64,000 nt of DNA from Camelus dromedarius (GCF_036321535.1 NC_087472.1:101000001-101064000); one strand, 5' to 3'; shown: positions 38,101-52,835, counted from the first letter of the stretch. Translations and numbers: made by a program. Notes: generated by a model from the letters alone, not told the origin.

Positions 38101-41100
38101 CCTATGTAACATGGAGAACTACTTTGGGGGTCTTATTTGAGTTTTTCTTAAAGTGCTAAGGCAGCTCAAAGTATACTGAGAACCAAGTTAAGTTTTTCTG
38201 CAGTTTGGTCTGCAGACCACTACTGTGGAGATGAGGTGTGTCTATTTCTAAAAGAAAGTCAGGCTCCTAATATTATTTTCAAAAAGATAACAGCTGTGCA
38301 GTCTGCCTTTCTGGTATATAAGTCATATAGATATGTTCTTAACTCCATGGTGTATCTTAATTTGAGGGATTCTGAGGAATCATCTGTGAATTGATGCTGT
38401 CCATCATTTACCAACAGATCATGGTCTATTCCTTCAACTTCTATAGTCTCTATCCTTGTATTGTGACTGAAAGACAGATTAATTTCATTGTAATGCTGGG
38501 GCATTTTAACAGTGACAATAGAATTTCTGTTTTTTTTTCATATTATAGTCAAAGATACTTTCTGTACAAATTTGTGCAAATTTCTCCAAGTGTTCATTCC
38601 TAGGAAAATGTCTATCTTTCCCATTCAGTTTGTATGTACTTTTATCTTGAAGTGAGACTTATACAGACCAGAGAGAAGTTAATCATTCTGGTTGAGTACT
38701 AAATTTTTTCCAACTGGTACATTTTTATTTGCTCTTTTTAATTAAAAAAAAACCCTTCCTGTTATAGGCATATTTTTTAAATTGGAACTGCTAATCCTTT
38801 TTTAAAATAGTATGGTATATTACATAACAGTTACATAGAAAATGGTGGAAAGTTTTGATGAGATCCAACATTATAAAAAATAATGTTTGTTAAACTTAAA
38901 AATTACCCCCAAATCCTAGTAAATGAATTTTCATCTGCCTTGTTGATCACTTTTTAGATTACAAAATAAGCAGTAACTTTTGTCCTGTTTTGAGTGCTAA
39001 TCTTGAGAATAGTGGAGTTATTCCATAAGTCACTGACTATTAAAAGACATTTATTATTGTCCACTTTTCATTTTAGCTAAAAATATTGGCTTTATAAATT
39101 TATAATATGGGCAGAATTTCATTTGAATATTATTGGTATATGGAATTTGTAAAATGTACATTTGAAAGTGGTTCAAATGTGTATCGTATATGTGATTTCT
39201 AAAAACTGAAAGGATATACACCAGATGGTTAACAGGAGGTATTATTTAACTGGGATTATAGGTGGGGTTTTTTCCCCCCTTTACTAATCTGTATTCTATT
39301 TTTTTGAGTGTGATGATGAAGGTGTGAAAAAGAAGAAACAAAACTATTCTAGTTTCTACGAGTCCACAAAGGCCATTTTGGTTCACAAAGGACCAAAAGC
39401 TATTTTCAGTACTCACCAACCCTAAAGGAAATAATACCTCAAAGTCATCCAATATGGGGTGACATCAGATTTCTTTTGGCTTTAGCTAGAATATAATGCT
39501 GGTTGGTAGATGGTGGCTGCTTTCTTTGGTAATTATGTGTCTGAGCATTACATGTTTATTTATTACTGTTTAATTTAAGAGTGCCTTAAAATTAGCATTT
39601 GTTTCCTTAAACAACACCTTTTTAATCTGTACTTTGGAAGAGAATAAGGAAGTAATGTTCAGGAATCAAAGTAGGAATATAGCTTCATTTTACAACATAA
39701 TTACTGTTGTATTAATGCTAAAACACACTCATCTCGGGGAGTTTTAATAAGGACAGATGTAGTGGGATAGAAAACAGTCTTTGAGCTTCCAGTTGTTCAG
39801 GGTACTATGCTAGGTGCTCTGCCTACACCATCTCATTTAATTTCCTGACTACATTTAATTTCATGACTACACTATGAAGTATAGATGGTAACAGCCTTAA
39901 TTCATATATGGGAAAACCAAGACTCAGGGAGATGAAGTAATTTGTAATGGCTTTAAGCACTAGAAATAATATTTCTATGTGATTGTTATGGCTACCAGTA
40001 ACCATCACAATAACTATATAATTTTTTAAAACTTATGTGATAGACCAGCATTGCATATACAGAGCTTCTTAATAATACAACAACAGTTAGAGGTTATTTA
40101 AGAAAACTATCAGGGTACACCCCCACACAGTGAAAATAACTTTCTCTGATGATTTAATACATACCATTGTAAAGAATTCAAATAATACATAAAAATATAA
40201 GGAAGTAAATAAAGGTCACCTAAAATCTCACCACCCTATGATGCAAAAAAAGGAGGCTCACCAAAATATTTTTGTATTTCTTTATGCAAATTTACACAAA
40301 TTTTTTACAAATAGAATTATATCACACAAAATATATTTATAACGCTCTGCCCCACACACACCATCGTCTTTATCCTCCCTGGTAAGCCTTATTAACAACC
40401 TAGAATATGTCCTGTGTTTCTCTCCATGGTTAAATAATCTTTTATTCATATAATCCTATAGAGACCTATGTATGCACTTATAGTAAAATTTTAGTTACTA
40501 GTAGAACGTTTGAGTACTTTTTTTTTAAGTGCAAATTTTTGTGCTACCTGTAGGAGAGCTACAAGGAAAAGTAATATGTGGCCTGTATTCTCGATCACTT
40601 CACAGTCTATGAGGAGAGATGAGCAGGTAAACAACTTGTATTATATAAGACTTGCTTTGATAATCTGCTAAATGTTGGTTGGATACACAGCCTGGAAGCC
40701 CTGCAGGGAAGCTCCTGGAGGACAGGCTTTTCCTTGTTGATTCTTAGGGGCATAAACCCTTGACATGTGATTATGCCCACGTGTTTGTAAATAAGTCATG
40801 TGTTCAAGTAAAACAAAAAAAATTATCCTTTTTACAGGGTTAAATGGATTAGCTTTTGTAGTTTGAGAGCCCAGTAGAGAAGCAGTTTGTTTATTAACTT
40901 TATTTCTTTGGAATGGAATTGTCCATTTTCCTATCAGAGAATTTAATTTTTCTTTCTTTTAAGATTTGGGCATTTTTGTAACAAGGAAGAAGCTGTAATA
41001 TTATACTGTACAGTTTGGTCTGTATAGTGCATGGCAGTTTGAAGTTTAAGATAGTTTAAGTAGTGATATTTTCTAACACAGAAATCTGTATTTGCTCAAA

Positions 41101-41989
41101 AGTAAGTTTAAGCATTCACTTTGATCGTATATCTATCTGGTGCATAAATTGAGTGAAAATTTACATATTTGCATCTGCCAAATTTAGAACTTGGACAGTA
41201 GGAATATTGGGGAGAGTCAGGAGAGAAAATAAATCTCCAGTGGAGTGTGTGAATTTCAAAATATTTGAAAAGAAGTGTTGTTTTATTAAAGGTTGGTGAA
41301 TATCCACTCAGGTGTTCAGTTTGAATCCATCTTGTACTTAGCACTGTTCTAGGTGCTGTGGAATATATGTAAAGGAAATAAAACAGGGCAGGATCATATT
41401 CTCTTAAAGGAAAAACTATTTAACATTGAAATGATTGGTGTAGTGGAACATGGAAGCCACGTGGCTCAAGAAGGAAAACGATAAAGGCTGTTTGTAGTGA
41501 AGAAGAGTGTTTAGGGCAGATGATTTTGATTTTATTGTGACCCTGAAAGAATTATTAAATTACCACAGTGGACATAAGCTCACTGTTGATGATGTCTTCC
41601 AACAACTCACTGCATTTAACATCATAATGACTGAAAGGGAAGGCTTATTGAATCACTGACTCATTTCCTAAACAGTTTGAGTTCTTTTTGTATATTGAAT
41701 TCTTTATTTGACATGACTTTGGACTTCACAAAAGGGTATGTCTGCTCAGTGGTGCTGAATGACTATAATAATTGAAAAGGAAACATTTCCAAACACTGAA
41801 AGAGTTGGTTTTATCTAATATGGCTAAGCTCAAACTAAAGGAGTCTGGAATTTTTCCTGTTTTTATCTGGAGATAGGTAGAGTATTTTATTCCTTGGTCT
41901 GTGGTTCTACCTCTAAATTCAGTGTTTTGAATTCTAAAACATTGGTTTTGGAGTTAAGATTATTTTTTGTTTAAGAAAGCTCTGCTTTA

Positions 41990-42950
41990 ATAGGAATACT
42001 TGTTTTATATTCCCATCAGCAGTGAATAATAGTTCCAGTTCCACGTCTTCACCAACATTTGGTAGTGTCAGTCTGTTTAATTTTAGCCATTTGTCATGGT
42101 ATATCATTTTTTTGTGTGGCTTTAATTTGTGCTTCCCTGAATACTAATGATGTTGAGCATATTTTCACTTGCTAGTTGGCCATTGTGTTTTTTCTTTAGC
42201 GAAGTGATTGTCTAAATCTTTCACCAATTCTGTTTTTATTGGGCTGTGTCTGCCTTTTTAAATTTGAATTGTCAGAGTTCTTTGTATATTCTGGATACAG
42301 ATCTTTTATCAGGTATGTGTTTTATAATGTTTTCTCCCATTCTGTAGCTTATCCTTTTATTTTCTTAATGTAACTTGAAGAGCAGTTCTTAGTTTTGATA
42401 AGTTCAATTTATCAATTTTTTTTCTTTTATGCTTTGTGCTTTTTTGTGTCATATCTAAGAAATCATTGCCTAACTCAGAGTCACAAGATCTCTGTTCTCT
42501 AGAAATTTTATACTTTTAGGCTTTACATTTAGGTTTATGATCTAGCTCAAGGTAATTTTTGTCTATTAACTTGTAAGTATAATTTTTCTTTTTTCATTCT
42601 TTTCTTTCTTCTTCTTCTTCCTTTTTTTTTTTTTTTGTATGTAGATATGTTCTAGCATCTTTTATTGGGGAAAAAACCCCCAAAAAAGCAAAACTATCCT
42701 TTCTCCATTGAATTAACTTGGCACTTTGTTGAAAATCTATTGACCATATATATGTGAATCTTTAAGGACTTTGTTCTGTTCCATTGATCCAGATGCCTGT
42801 CTTTATGCCAATACTACTCCATCTTGATTAAATAGTGCTTTTGGCTAAACAGAAAATTTAATCATGATTAAATCCAGTTTATCAATATTTTCTTTTCTGG
42901 TTAGTGCATTTTTATGCCTATCTAAGAAATCTTCCAACTTGTGAACATGC
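41990..42950 (-). mobile_element. Old L1 (L1ME-like) ORF2 3' remnant
   Basis: ttcccatcagcagtg...tttaatttgtgcttccctga...tttgtatattctggatac...ctccattgaatt..cttggcactttgttgaaaatc. Confidence 0.7.
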
Positions 42951-45279
42951 TACATGAATTTATTTATCTAGGCCTTTGAAGATGTGCTTTTAATTATTTC
43001 TATACATATATTTTCACCTTCTAGGATTTACAAAATCACTTGCTCAACTAATAGGAGCAATTGATACCAGTTGAGATTAAGAATTCAGTTGTGGGTTAGA
43101 GATTTTAGAGAAGGACACAGGAACCGGAGTATACCTTCTATGTGTGACCCATCCCACAGTTTTTTTAACTGAACCCCTTTGCATAGTAATGGGACTTACT
43201 TTAATGTAACTCACAACTTTTTGCTTTCTGACTAGAGTTGGTTAAGTCCCTTTGCTCCCCACTTGGTTTACAGCTCATCTGCCTTTATTTTATGCTTCGA
43301 TTTAGCACCCTCTATATATTTCACTTTGTCTTTTTCTTTAGCCACTAAGCTATAGTCCTTAATTGACAGCATCTTCACAGTGGTATTGAATATCTAATCC
43401 ACTTGATTATTTCACTCTGACTTTCAGAGATGAGGTCTGTGAAGGGGAGGTAATACTTTGCAGGTCATATGTGTATGGGCGGCTCCTGAAGCTGTGGGCC
43501 CTGAGAGACTATAGAGGGAGATGAGTGCCCTGAAGGAAACTCAGCAACTCTAGAATTTCATAATCAAGTAGAGGAAGCAGGATTCTCTTTAGCCTCCACT
43601 CATTTTGTATCTTCAGCCTGAAATTCCTCTCTCTGCTCATTGAAATGCTCATCTCTATAGGAACACTTCCTTTGAGAAGCCTTCTTTTATATTCCTGGTT
43701 ACTTGTGCCTCCTATCTTCCCAAAGAGCCTGTATTTTACTCTCCTTTGTTCAATAATTATTTGTCAGTGTGTGTCTCCCACTAGATTTATAGCTCTTTTG
43801 TAGTAGATTGTGTATCTTCTGTCCAAACAGCATCAAGCACTTAACAAGAATTCTGTATTTGTTAAATAAATGAGTAGATCACATCTGGAAACAGATGGTA
43901 GTAATGCAGAAAGATCAAGAAAGGCTTCGAGAAGAAGGTTGCATTTATGTTAAGCCTTAAAGGATGGATAGGATTTCCAGAAGCAGAAGAGGAAGGAAGG
44001 GTATCCCATGCAGATAGAACCACGTGATGAGTTTTGGGCTAGGCTGCAGGATAGCTTAAGTGGTAAATGTCAGTCAGGTGGCTTTGAAATTGTGAGAGGC
44101 CTTAAATATGCCCCACAGAAGATATTTTTGTTCAATTCAGTAGTCAGTGAGATTACTGAAATAAGAGGGTGATTTGGGCAGAAAACAGCTCAGACCATGT
44201 ATGACATTATTGGGTAGGTTGCGGTGGGGAAAGACCCTTGTGGTGAGACAGTTATGCAGCTATGATATTAGACTAGGTAAGAGCTAATGAGAGTGTAAAC
44301 CAGTTAATGGCATGGGAAAGGAAAGTGAGAGAGCACACATTGGCCACTGATTGAATGTGTGAGTGAAATAAGAGAACCTTTCACATTCAGTCATACGTGG
44401 GGTTTTAAGGCCATGTACCTTGAAAAGTAGTGGTGTTAGTAAGAAAAACAAAAATGTTAGAAGGAGCAAGGTTTGGGGAGGTGATGCTTGAGTGTAAGTC
44501 TATTGAGTCAGGTGCAGGAGATGTTTTGGGTGGCTTAATGAACATATTCTCCATAGGCTTCCTTTAAATAACAAACTACCCTGCTCATGTTCTGACTACA
44601 AGCATAGAGCAGTGGGAGGTAGATATCACTTTGCCATATTCAGTATTTCCATGTATATACCTCTTTTATAACATTTATACTGTGTTTTATTCATGTGCCT
44701 ATTTCTGACTAGACAGAGCTGTTAGAGGTCAAGTACAGTGTGTTATTTATCTTTGTTTTAGAATGTCTGGCATATTGTGGACATGCAGAAAAAGTCTGAA
44801 TTAATGATTTAGTGGCTCAAAATACACAGGCCTTCTAACAAGTAATTGTCTTGTTAGAAGACTTGACTCTTGTAGTTCTTACAAGTTTCATCAATACAGT
44901 CATGATTCCTCTACCTCTTGGTAACATGGGCTTAAGTGGACTTTTGGGATAGGCTTTAGTGAATCTCAACTCCACCAACTTACAATGTTTTGTTTTGTTT
45001 TGTTTTCATTCATTTAACCATAAAATTCAGCCTTTTAAAATGTACCATTCACTGGTTTTTAATGTATTCACAAGGTTCTGCAGCCATCACCACCATCTAA
45101 TTCAGAACATTTTCATTTCCTTAAAAAAGAAACCCTTTACCCATACCCATACCCACACCTATTAGCAGTCACTCCTGAGTCCTCCTTCCCCTCAGCTACT
45201 GACAACTACTAATCTGCTGAATTTACCATTTTTCATCCAAGGGACAGAGATTAAAATGACCTAACTATAGCTGATTTCT

Positions 45280-46824
45280 TTTTTTAACTTTCATTTTATT
45301 TTACTTTCTTCTAATTTTACTGAGATATAATTGATATATAGCACTGTATAAGTTTAAGGTATACAGCATAATGATTTGACTTACATACATCATGAAATGA
45401 TTATCACAGTAAGTTTAGTGAACATCCATCATCTGATATAGGTACAAAATTAAAGAAATAGAAAAAAATTTCCTTGTGATGAGAACTCATAGGATTTAAT
45501 CTCAACAATTTTCATATATAACGTACAGCAGTGTCAATTATATTTATCACATGATACATTACATCCCTAGCATTTATTTATCTTACTGGAAATTTGTACC
45601 TTTTGACTGCCTTCAGCCAATTTCCCGTCCCGCCACCCCACCTCTAGTAACCACAAATCTGATCTCTTTTTTTGTGAGTTTGTTTATTTTTAAAGTATAA
45701 TTGACCTGCAGCACTATGTTAGTTCCTGTTACACAACATAGTGATTCAGTATTTCTGTACATTTCAAAATGATCACCACAATATGTTTAGTTACAATCTG
45801 TTATCATACAAAGATATTACATAATTATTGACTATATTCCCCACACTATACATTTCATATCAGTGACTCGTTTATTTTGCACCTGGAAGTTTGTACCTCT
45901 TACTCTCGCTCACCTGTTTCTTTCTCCTATCTCCTCCTCTGGCAACCACCTGTTCTCTGTATCTATGACTGTTTTTGTTTTGTTAGGGTTTTTTTGGTTG
46001 TTTTTTAGATTCCACATGTAAGTGAAATCATACAATATTTGTCTCTCTCTGTCTGACTTACTTCACTTAGCATAATGCTTTATAGGTCTATCCATGTTGT
46101 TGCAAATGGTAATATTTTATTCTTTTTTATGGCTGAATAATACTGTATTGCGTGTGTGTGTGCGCACGCACATATGCCACATCTTCCTTATCCATTCATC
46201 TGTTGATGGACACTTAGATTGCTCCCATATCTTGTCTATTGTAAACAGTGCTGCAGTAATCATAGAGGTGCGGATATCTTTTTTAATTAGTGTTTTTATT
46301 TTCTTCAGATAAATATGCAGGAGTGGAATTGCTAGATCGTATGGTAGTTCTCTTTTTAATTTTTTGAGGAATCTCCATACTGTTTTCCATAGTGGGTGCA
46401 CCAACTTACATTCCCACCAACAGTGCATAAGGGTTCCCTTTTTTTCCACATCCTTGCTGACACTTACTTGTTGTCTTTTTGGTAATAGCCTTTCTGACTG
46501 GTGTGAAGTGATATCTCATTGAAGTTTTGATTTGCATTTCCCTGATGATAGTGATATTGAACATTTTCACGTTCCTGTTGGCCATTTGTATACCTTTTTG
46601 GACAAATGTCTATCCAGATCCTCTGCCCATTTTTAAATTGGGTTGTTTGTTTTTTTGTTTTGTTTTTTTTTTTTGATGTTGAGTTGTATGAATTCTTTGT
46701 ATATTTTGGATATTAACCCCTTATCGGATATATTGTTTGCAAATATCTCTTACCAGTCAGAAGTTGGCCTTTTCATTTTGTTGATAGTTTCCTATCAAGC
46801 TTTTTAGTTTAATGTAATACCATA
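45280..46824 (-). mobile_element. 5'-truncated L1 (L1MA-like) with TSD
   Basis: ORF 46449-46117 (-) is the L1 ORF2 C-terminus; 13-bp TSD ATAGCTGATTTCT at 45267-45279 and 46825-46837. Confidence 0.9.
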
Positions 46825-46921
46825 ATAGCTGATTTCTAATAATACTATCCTTCAGAAATGTGTTAAAAGGAGGCAGTAATTGATTTTCTCCTTGTAGGAA
46901 AGAACACCAGAGAGGGATACC

Positions 46922-46943
46922 ATGGGGCAAACAGTCAATGAAG
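46922..46943 (+). CDS. SCML2: SCML2 coding exon 1 (exon spans 46898-46943), MGQTVNE
   Basis: Acceptor ttttctccttgtag|, strong Kozak accATGG, donor G|gtaaga. The peptide matches the recalled SCML2 N-terminus MGQTVNE. Ends in phase 1. Confidence 0.92.
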
Positions 46944-47053
46944 GTAAGATTTACTTGTCTAAAGATGATAAATATTTTTGGTTATTCATTTGGAATGAGT
47001 ATCTTCTGGTAGACTGAATGTTTGAAAAAAGCCTTTTTAGAAATAAAATTATA

Positions 47054-47238
47054 AATAAACAAGATTATACTGTATAGCGCAGGGAAATATATACAAGATC
47101 TTGTGGTAACTCACAGTGAAAAAAAATGTGACAATGAGTATATGTATGTTCATGTATAACTGAAAAATTGTGCTCTACACTGGAATTTGACACAACATTG
47201 TAAAATGACTATAACTCAATAAAAATGTTTAAAAAATA
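47054..47238 (+). mobile_element. Short young L1 3' end in sense orientation
   Basis: aacaagattatactgtatagc...gacacaacattgtaaaatgactataactcAATAAA; TSD AAATAAAATTATA (47041-47053, 47239-47251). Confidence 0.8.
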
Positions 47239-47989
47239 AAATAAAATTATAGAAGGTGTTAGGTGCTTAGAATTGGAATTTTAGAACTAAATAGCTATTA
47301 AAGGTAGTCTTGTCTTCCCTTCTTAGTTTTATAAATGAGAAAGCTGAAACTCAGGGAGGTTAAGTGAACAGGTCATGTAACAATCTGTGACAGCCAAGAT
47401 CAGAGTTCAAATTTTATTACTCTAATATGGGTGATTAAAAAAAATACTTCATCCTGTCTTGCTCTAGTGAGAAGTCTGCTCACTGTCCCATGAATATGCC
47501 ACACTCATTTGCACACTCTGTTTTGAGTGGTATTTTCCTTCCCATAATACATTCTTCATACCTTTGCCATCCTATATCCTGTTCTTCCTTCAAGACCAAG
47601 TTCAAGTCCTGTGTCTCTTAAGACTTCTTCTCTGGCTGCATGCTGAATGTTATCCTCTGCTATTTCCATTTTTGTCAAGTGTATCAATTTAGTATAGTCT
47701 CTGTAACTAGACTGTTAGCTTCTTTAGAGCAGGAACCATGCTTTTATAATTTCACTTTCTTTCCTATTAGAAAATATTACTGTAGGACGATATAGTAAAT
47801 ATAAATGTGTACTTTCTTTAGTCAAATTATTTAAATAGAAAGCAGCCCATATATCCCCCTGGAGTGTTCGCATATCTTGAACAGTCACTCAGTTATAACC
47901 AGAAAGTAGATCTGTTATTAAATAGTATACCTGGTATCATTGATATATTCTTCTTTAAGAAACTTGTTACTTGACAATTGGAGCATCAA

Positions 47990-48870
47990 TAAGGATAAAA
48001 TAGCAATAAATAGAAACACATCAAGTGTGGTTAAATTCATGAGTTTATAGTGATATTTAAAAAAACAAAATAAAACTTACTGGTCATCTGTGGAGAATGC
48101 TAGGGATCCATCTCATTATTTTGAAAACTAGAAAATAAAGGAAAAGAATAAAGCATTGATTGTGACTTCCCTTTGTGATCTGTACCTCAGGGTAACTCAG
48201 TGGTTGAAGAGAGGAGATTTCTCTCTGTAGAAGTTCTCTGGCTAATAAAGACAGGATGATAAAATTAGAATACCTCCATTTTGCAACCACTAATGAACTA
48301 ATGGATCTAGGCAATAGTCATCCATGGCTGCTCATATCACAACAGGAGAGAGAACCAGATGTATAAGGAACCTCCTGTGAGAAGTACACGAGATCACCAA
48401 TGAAGTCATCTTCTCCCCCCAACCCCCAAGCCAAACCTGAATCTGATTAAGCTCTTCTGGATCGAAATATCAATACCAATTTAGAGAAAATATAAAGATC
48501 AGAAGATCCTAGCACCATGAGGAGGTAGTCAGCAAAATCCAGACTGGAAAACTCTGACCTGGTATCATTAGCAAAAAAATTGCTAGAGAAAGAGGGGAAG
48601 AAAAAGAGGAGGAGGAGGAGGAGCTTATAGCTCAAAAGAGATTTAAGAAATGTACCTACCATTGCTATGTATGGACTTTATTTGGGTCCCGATTGAAACA
48701 GACACACTTAAAATATTAAAGACAATTGGGAAAATAAGAACACTGACTAATTATTTGATAATAAGGAATTGTGGTTAATTTTTTCAGCATAATAGTATTA
48801 TGATTAATTTTTAAATGAGTCCTTGAAGAGATACATGCTGTAATAAATGTGGATGAAATAACATCTTAGA
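47990..48870 (+). mobile_element. L1MC4-like 3' fragment
   Basis: ccattttgcaaccactaatgaactaatggatctaggcaat...gtcagcaaaatccagactg...tgaacactgact-like tail. Confidence 0.65.
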
Positions 48871-49411
48871 TTTGATGAAGTCTCAAGGTCCAGTGCTATT
48901 TGAGCTCCTCAGCTTGGCACAGAGAAAAACTGCCTAGTCCTTGAATTACACTGTATTGTAACTTCCTTGTTGTTTTAAATTCTCAAACGCATCCACTTTA
49001 TTTCTAGGGCACATTAATTTGAACATTGTACTGATCACCCCAGCTCATTTTGGTTTGTTCATTCATTCATTTAACAAATGCATCAAGGTGTTCTGCATGC
49101 CATGTCTTGTTCTAGGCACTGAGGTTTCAGCAGTATACAAAAGAGACATAATAAAATAAATAAATCCTTGCCCTTTTGGAGCTTACATTTGAGTGGAGTG
49201 AGGCATACAGTAAACAAATAAGCAAATTATAAGTTACATAGTGTATTAGAAAGTAAAGTCTTGTGCAGAAAATGAGGATATTAATTATAAAATTAAAACT
49301 GGCTCCTATTGGAAAATAGTTTTAATTTATAGTTTTTGTAAGTGCTCTTTCAGACTGTTGCTATGGCCTTCTGGTATTGCTCACTATTTTCTTCCGTTCT
49401 TTATCTTTAAG

Positions 49412-49480
49412 AGTCAATGGATGTAAAGAAGGAGAATCAAGAGAAAGCTCCTCACTCAGGCACATCTTCTGTGCAGAATG
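49412..49480 (+). CDS. SCML2: SCML2 coding exon 2, (E)SMDVKKENQEKAPHSGTSSVQN
   Basis: Pyrimidine tract plus taag| acceptor, donor G|gtaggt, 69 nt, phase 1-1. Matches recalled human DSMDVKKENQEKTPQSSTSSVQR. Confidence 0.93.
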
Positions 49481-50589
49481 GTAGGTTTTAAATTAGTTCA
49501 GTACAACATATTTTTCTTCCTCACTCAGTGTTAATATGAACTCTTTTCTTATTGCTTTTGGTATCATCTATGTACAGTAAACTGTAAATATAAAATCTGA
49601 GCAATGGCAAAGGTCAGAAAGATAGTATTTCATTTTGAAAATCTTACTTTGGTTTCACATAGGGATAAATTGGTATGGGATTAAGTAGAAACATAAACAT
49701 GTATTTCAATGCAAATTTTGCTAAATTAAATATATCTAGTTATTAATTACCATGTATTACTAATTTGAAATAATTTGATTGTTAACTAAAAAAAAACTCT
49801 TAACATTAGAGTCAGTGTGAAAGTCCTTTTTTGGTGGTCAAAAAACAATTTAGTAGATTAAAGCTTAGGCATTGCAGAGGTCTAGCAGACCTATTCTAGA
49901 ATCTTGGCCTCATTCTTCACTGGCCTTGTGACCTTGGGCGAATTACTCAACATTCTTATTCTCTTTTTTCTCCTCTGTAGCACAGAGGTAATACTACTTA
50001 CCTTGTGGAACTATTAGAATTAAAGAAAATGAATGTAAAGCATCTGATATAATGCCTAGACTTAGAGTAAGTGTTTATTAACTCTGAGTTATTAATTCAT
50101 ATTTTAAGTTTCTTACTGTGAACGGCATGTGTATAGCACTGCATTAGAGACTCAGGAGATAGAATCTGACCCATTGCACCTGCTCTTAAGGAAAATGAGA
50201 AAATAAGTCATATGAACACAAAAGACTGAATTTAAAACATACTATAGCAAACTTACTGTGTTTACCAGAGATTTCCAGGCAAACCTCTTGTTTCTTATCT
50301 TTCTGTTGTGTCTGCCCTGCCAGCCGCACTCTTTTTTTTTTTTTTTAGCCGCACTCTTGAAGTAAGTAGTTTACCGTGACTTTCTGTTCCTATAGGAAGA
50401 TTGCCTACAGAAGTAATCCTAATGGAATCATTCTTTTTCACGTAAAGCTGGGCCCTCAGTGCTTCCTCAGTTTTCTTTCTCATTGGCCTTATTTATTCTT
50501 TAGCTCTTCCCTCCAACCCCCAGAATCCTCCAAGTAAGTGGAGCCCATTAGGTTAGAATGTTCTTCCTTATCCCTCTGAATTCTTTTCC

Positions 50590-50870
50590 TTTTTTTTAAA
50601 AATAACAGTTTTATTGAGATATAATTCATATGCCATACAATCCACCCATTTAAAGTATATAGTTCTGTGGTTCTCAGTAGTATATCCACAGAGCTGTGCA
50701 GCTATCACTATTACCAATTTTAGAACATTTTCATCACCCTAAAAAGAAATCCTGTACCCAACTAGTAGTCACTCCCCATTTTCTCCCAGTGCCCCTCCCC
50801 TCCCCCAGCCTTGGGCAACCCCTTATTTTCTGTCTCTTTAGATTTTCCTCTTCTGGAAATTTCATAAAAA
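50590..50870 (-). mobile_element. L1MB-like 3' end
   Basis: aacagttttattgagatataattcatatgccatacaatccacccatttaaagt...aattttagaacattttcatcacc. Confidence 0.75.
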
Positions 50871-52835
50871 TAAATTTTAAAAATACATATTCTTAAAGGT
50901 TGAAACTGGTAACTTTTCAAAATTCTTAGACTTTTCTGTTTGAGAAATTCTGATTTAAAAAATGAGATTACTTAATCTAATTGACAGACAACTGCAGGTA
51001 TTTCTCAGGTCTTTGACCCTAACATCTCATTTTAGAAGTCAGTGAGTGACTGCTAGAAGGTAAGCTCCAAGAGAGCCAGGATTTTTGTCTGTTTAATTAA
51101 CTGTTGTATCTGCAATACCTAGGACAGTGCCTGGAACATACTGATGACCTTCTATGGGAATCCAGTGATGAATAAGACAGACATGATTCCTGCCCCCTTT
51201 GAGCTTAGGATGCAGGGTAGACATTAAACAGAAGCCCAGTTACAGTTGTGATAAATGCTATGAGGTAGTGGGTGCAAATGATTCAGCTGAGAAGCTTTGA
51301 GCTCTGTATACTTTGCCCATTTTCTTTACGTAGCCTCTGAACCAAGCTTAACACTGGTGGAAGACATGGTTTTGATGTACCCTGGAGAAGATTGGGAGCC
51401 TTGTGGATTATGTTTAGTTTGCTAAAAGGTGTTTGGGCTAATGTATGGACTAGAGTAGAGTACAAGTCAAACAGGAAGGACCATGAACATATGCGGGTAA
51501 CAATCTGATCACAAAGTTATATATGTACACCTGTCTCATGAAGAAACCTGTTGGTTTCCAGACCTCTTTTCTGAGAGAGATTGACCCTCCTCTCCTCCCC
51601 AGCCCCTGCCCCAGCAATCTGTCAGTGAGAATAAGGTACAGAGGCAGACAGTGACCTCAAGCTTAGCTGAGACTTTCTGACTATTTTGGCTCCTAGTCAG
51701 GAATTCCAGCTGTGGTATTGTAGATGTATCAAATCTAAGTTAGTAAAGCCTGTTGCTATGTGTGTTTCCCCTGTGTTATTGGTAGGGTCTCATCATATGG
51801 GCAGCCAAGCTGAACAGTTTTGTGGACTAAAATTTTTGCCTTACAAATAAAGAAAAACTTAAGGCTCCAATGGTTAAATGCTATATATGGTCATCAGCTA
51901 GCAGTGCAATAGAAAATAATCATATTATGGAGCACTGGTATAAAGGATTTGCTAGCTCAAGTGATAGCCCATTAAGACACAAGTGGTAATATAATATTTT
52001 AATAATTGGGTTAGGGAGATGGAGTAAGTATTTTCCAATGTCATTGAAAAAATTTACAAATGTAACTGGTTTGTGAAAGAGTCTTAATTAAGTTCTTTAA
52101 GATGTAATTGTGAAATGGTTTTGATTTCTCAGACATTATTTTCAACTTATACTCCTTTCTTCCTGGTATAGTGGCTCCTTAATGACATCCTAGTCAGATT
52201 TTCCCCCCATTAATTTTTTTTTTAATGCTCTCCAAGATCATATGGTGGTAGAGCTTCAGGTATCACCTTGGGTCTCTTGACTGTCAGGTTAGTACTTAGA
52301 AGGTCACTGAAATAACCTGTCATTTAAATTTTGGAGCCATGAATCTCCATTTTCACTTTTAATAAAGCTATCCAGTGTTCATAAGTTTAGGCACAACTAT
52401 GACATTTAGTTTTATAACAACAACACAGACCATTTATTGAGTTATTTACATGTATGCTACTTCACTTAGTTCTCAAAATACCTTATACCATATGTATTAC
52501 TTTCTTCATTTTATAGATGAAGGAACTGAGGCTGAAAAAGTGAAATGACTTGCTCACGGTCACATAGCTAGTAAGAGGCAGAGTCATACTGAGAGATGGC
52601 AGGTTCTACTCCAGAGCCTATGTTCTTCACATTCTTCTGCATACCTTTCAGCACTGTGGTAGTGCTTGCTTTACATTATCTAGAAGCAGAATTAAACCCA
52701 GTATTTTTTTTTAGTGGAAAAATCTCTTAAACTCATTGTTAAGTTTAAAAAAAGATGTACAATGTTATATATGACATACTTAATACTATGTATAATATGT
52801 GTACAAGCACATGTAAATTAATACTTACATGTAAC

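Noticed and set aside
35690..43140. Exon-like purine-rich patches in intron 1 (~35700-35900, ~39300-39460, ~43025-43140)
   Set aside because: In-frame stops, no paired strong splice sites and no recognisable peptide.
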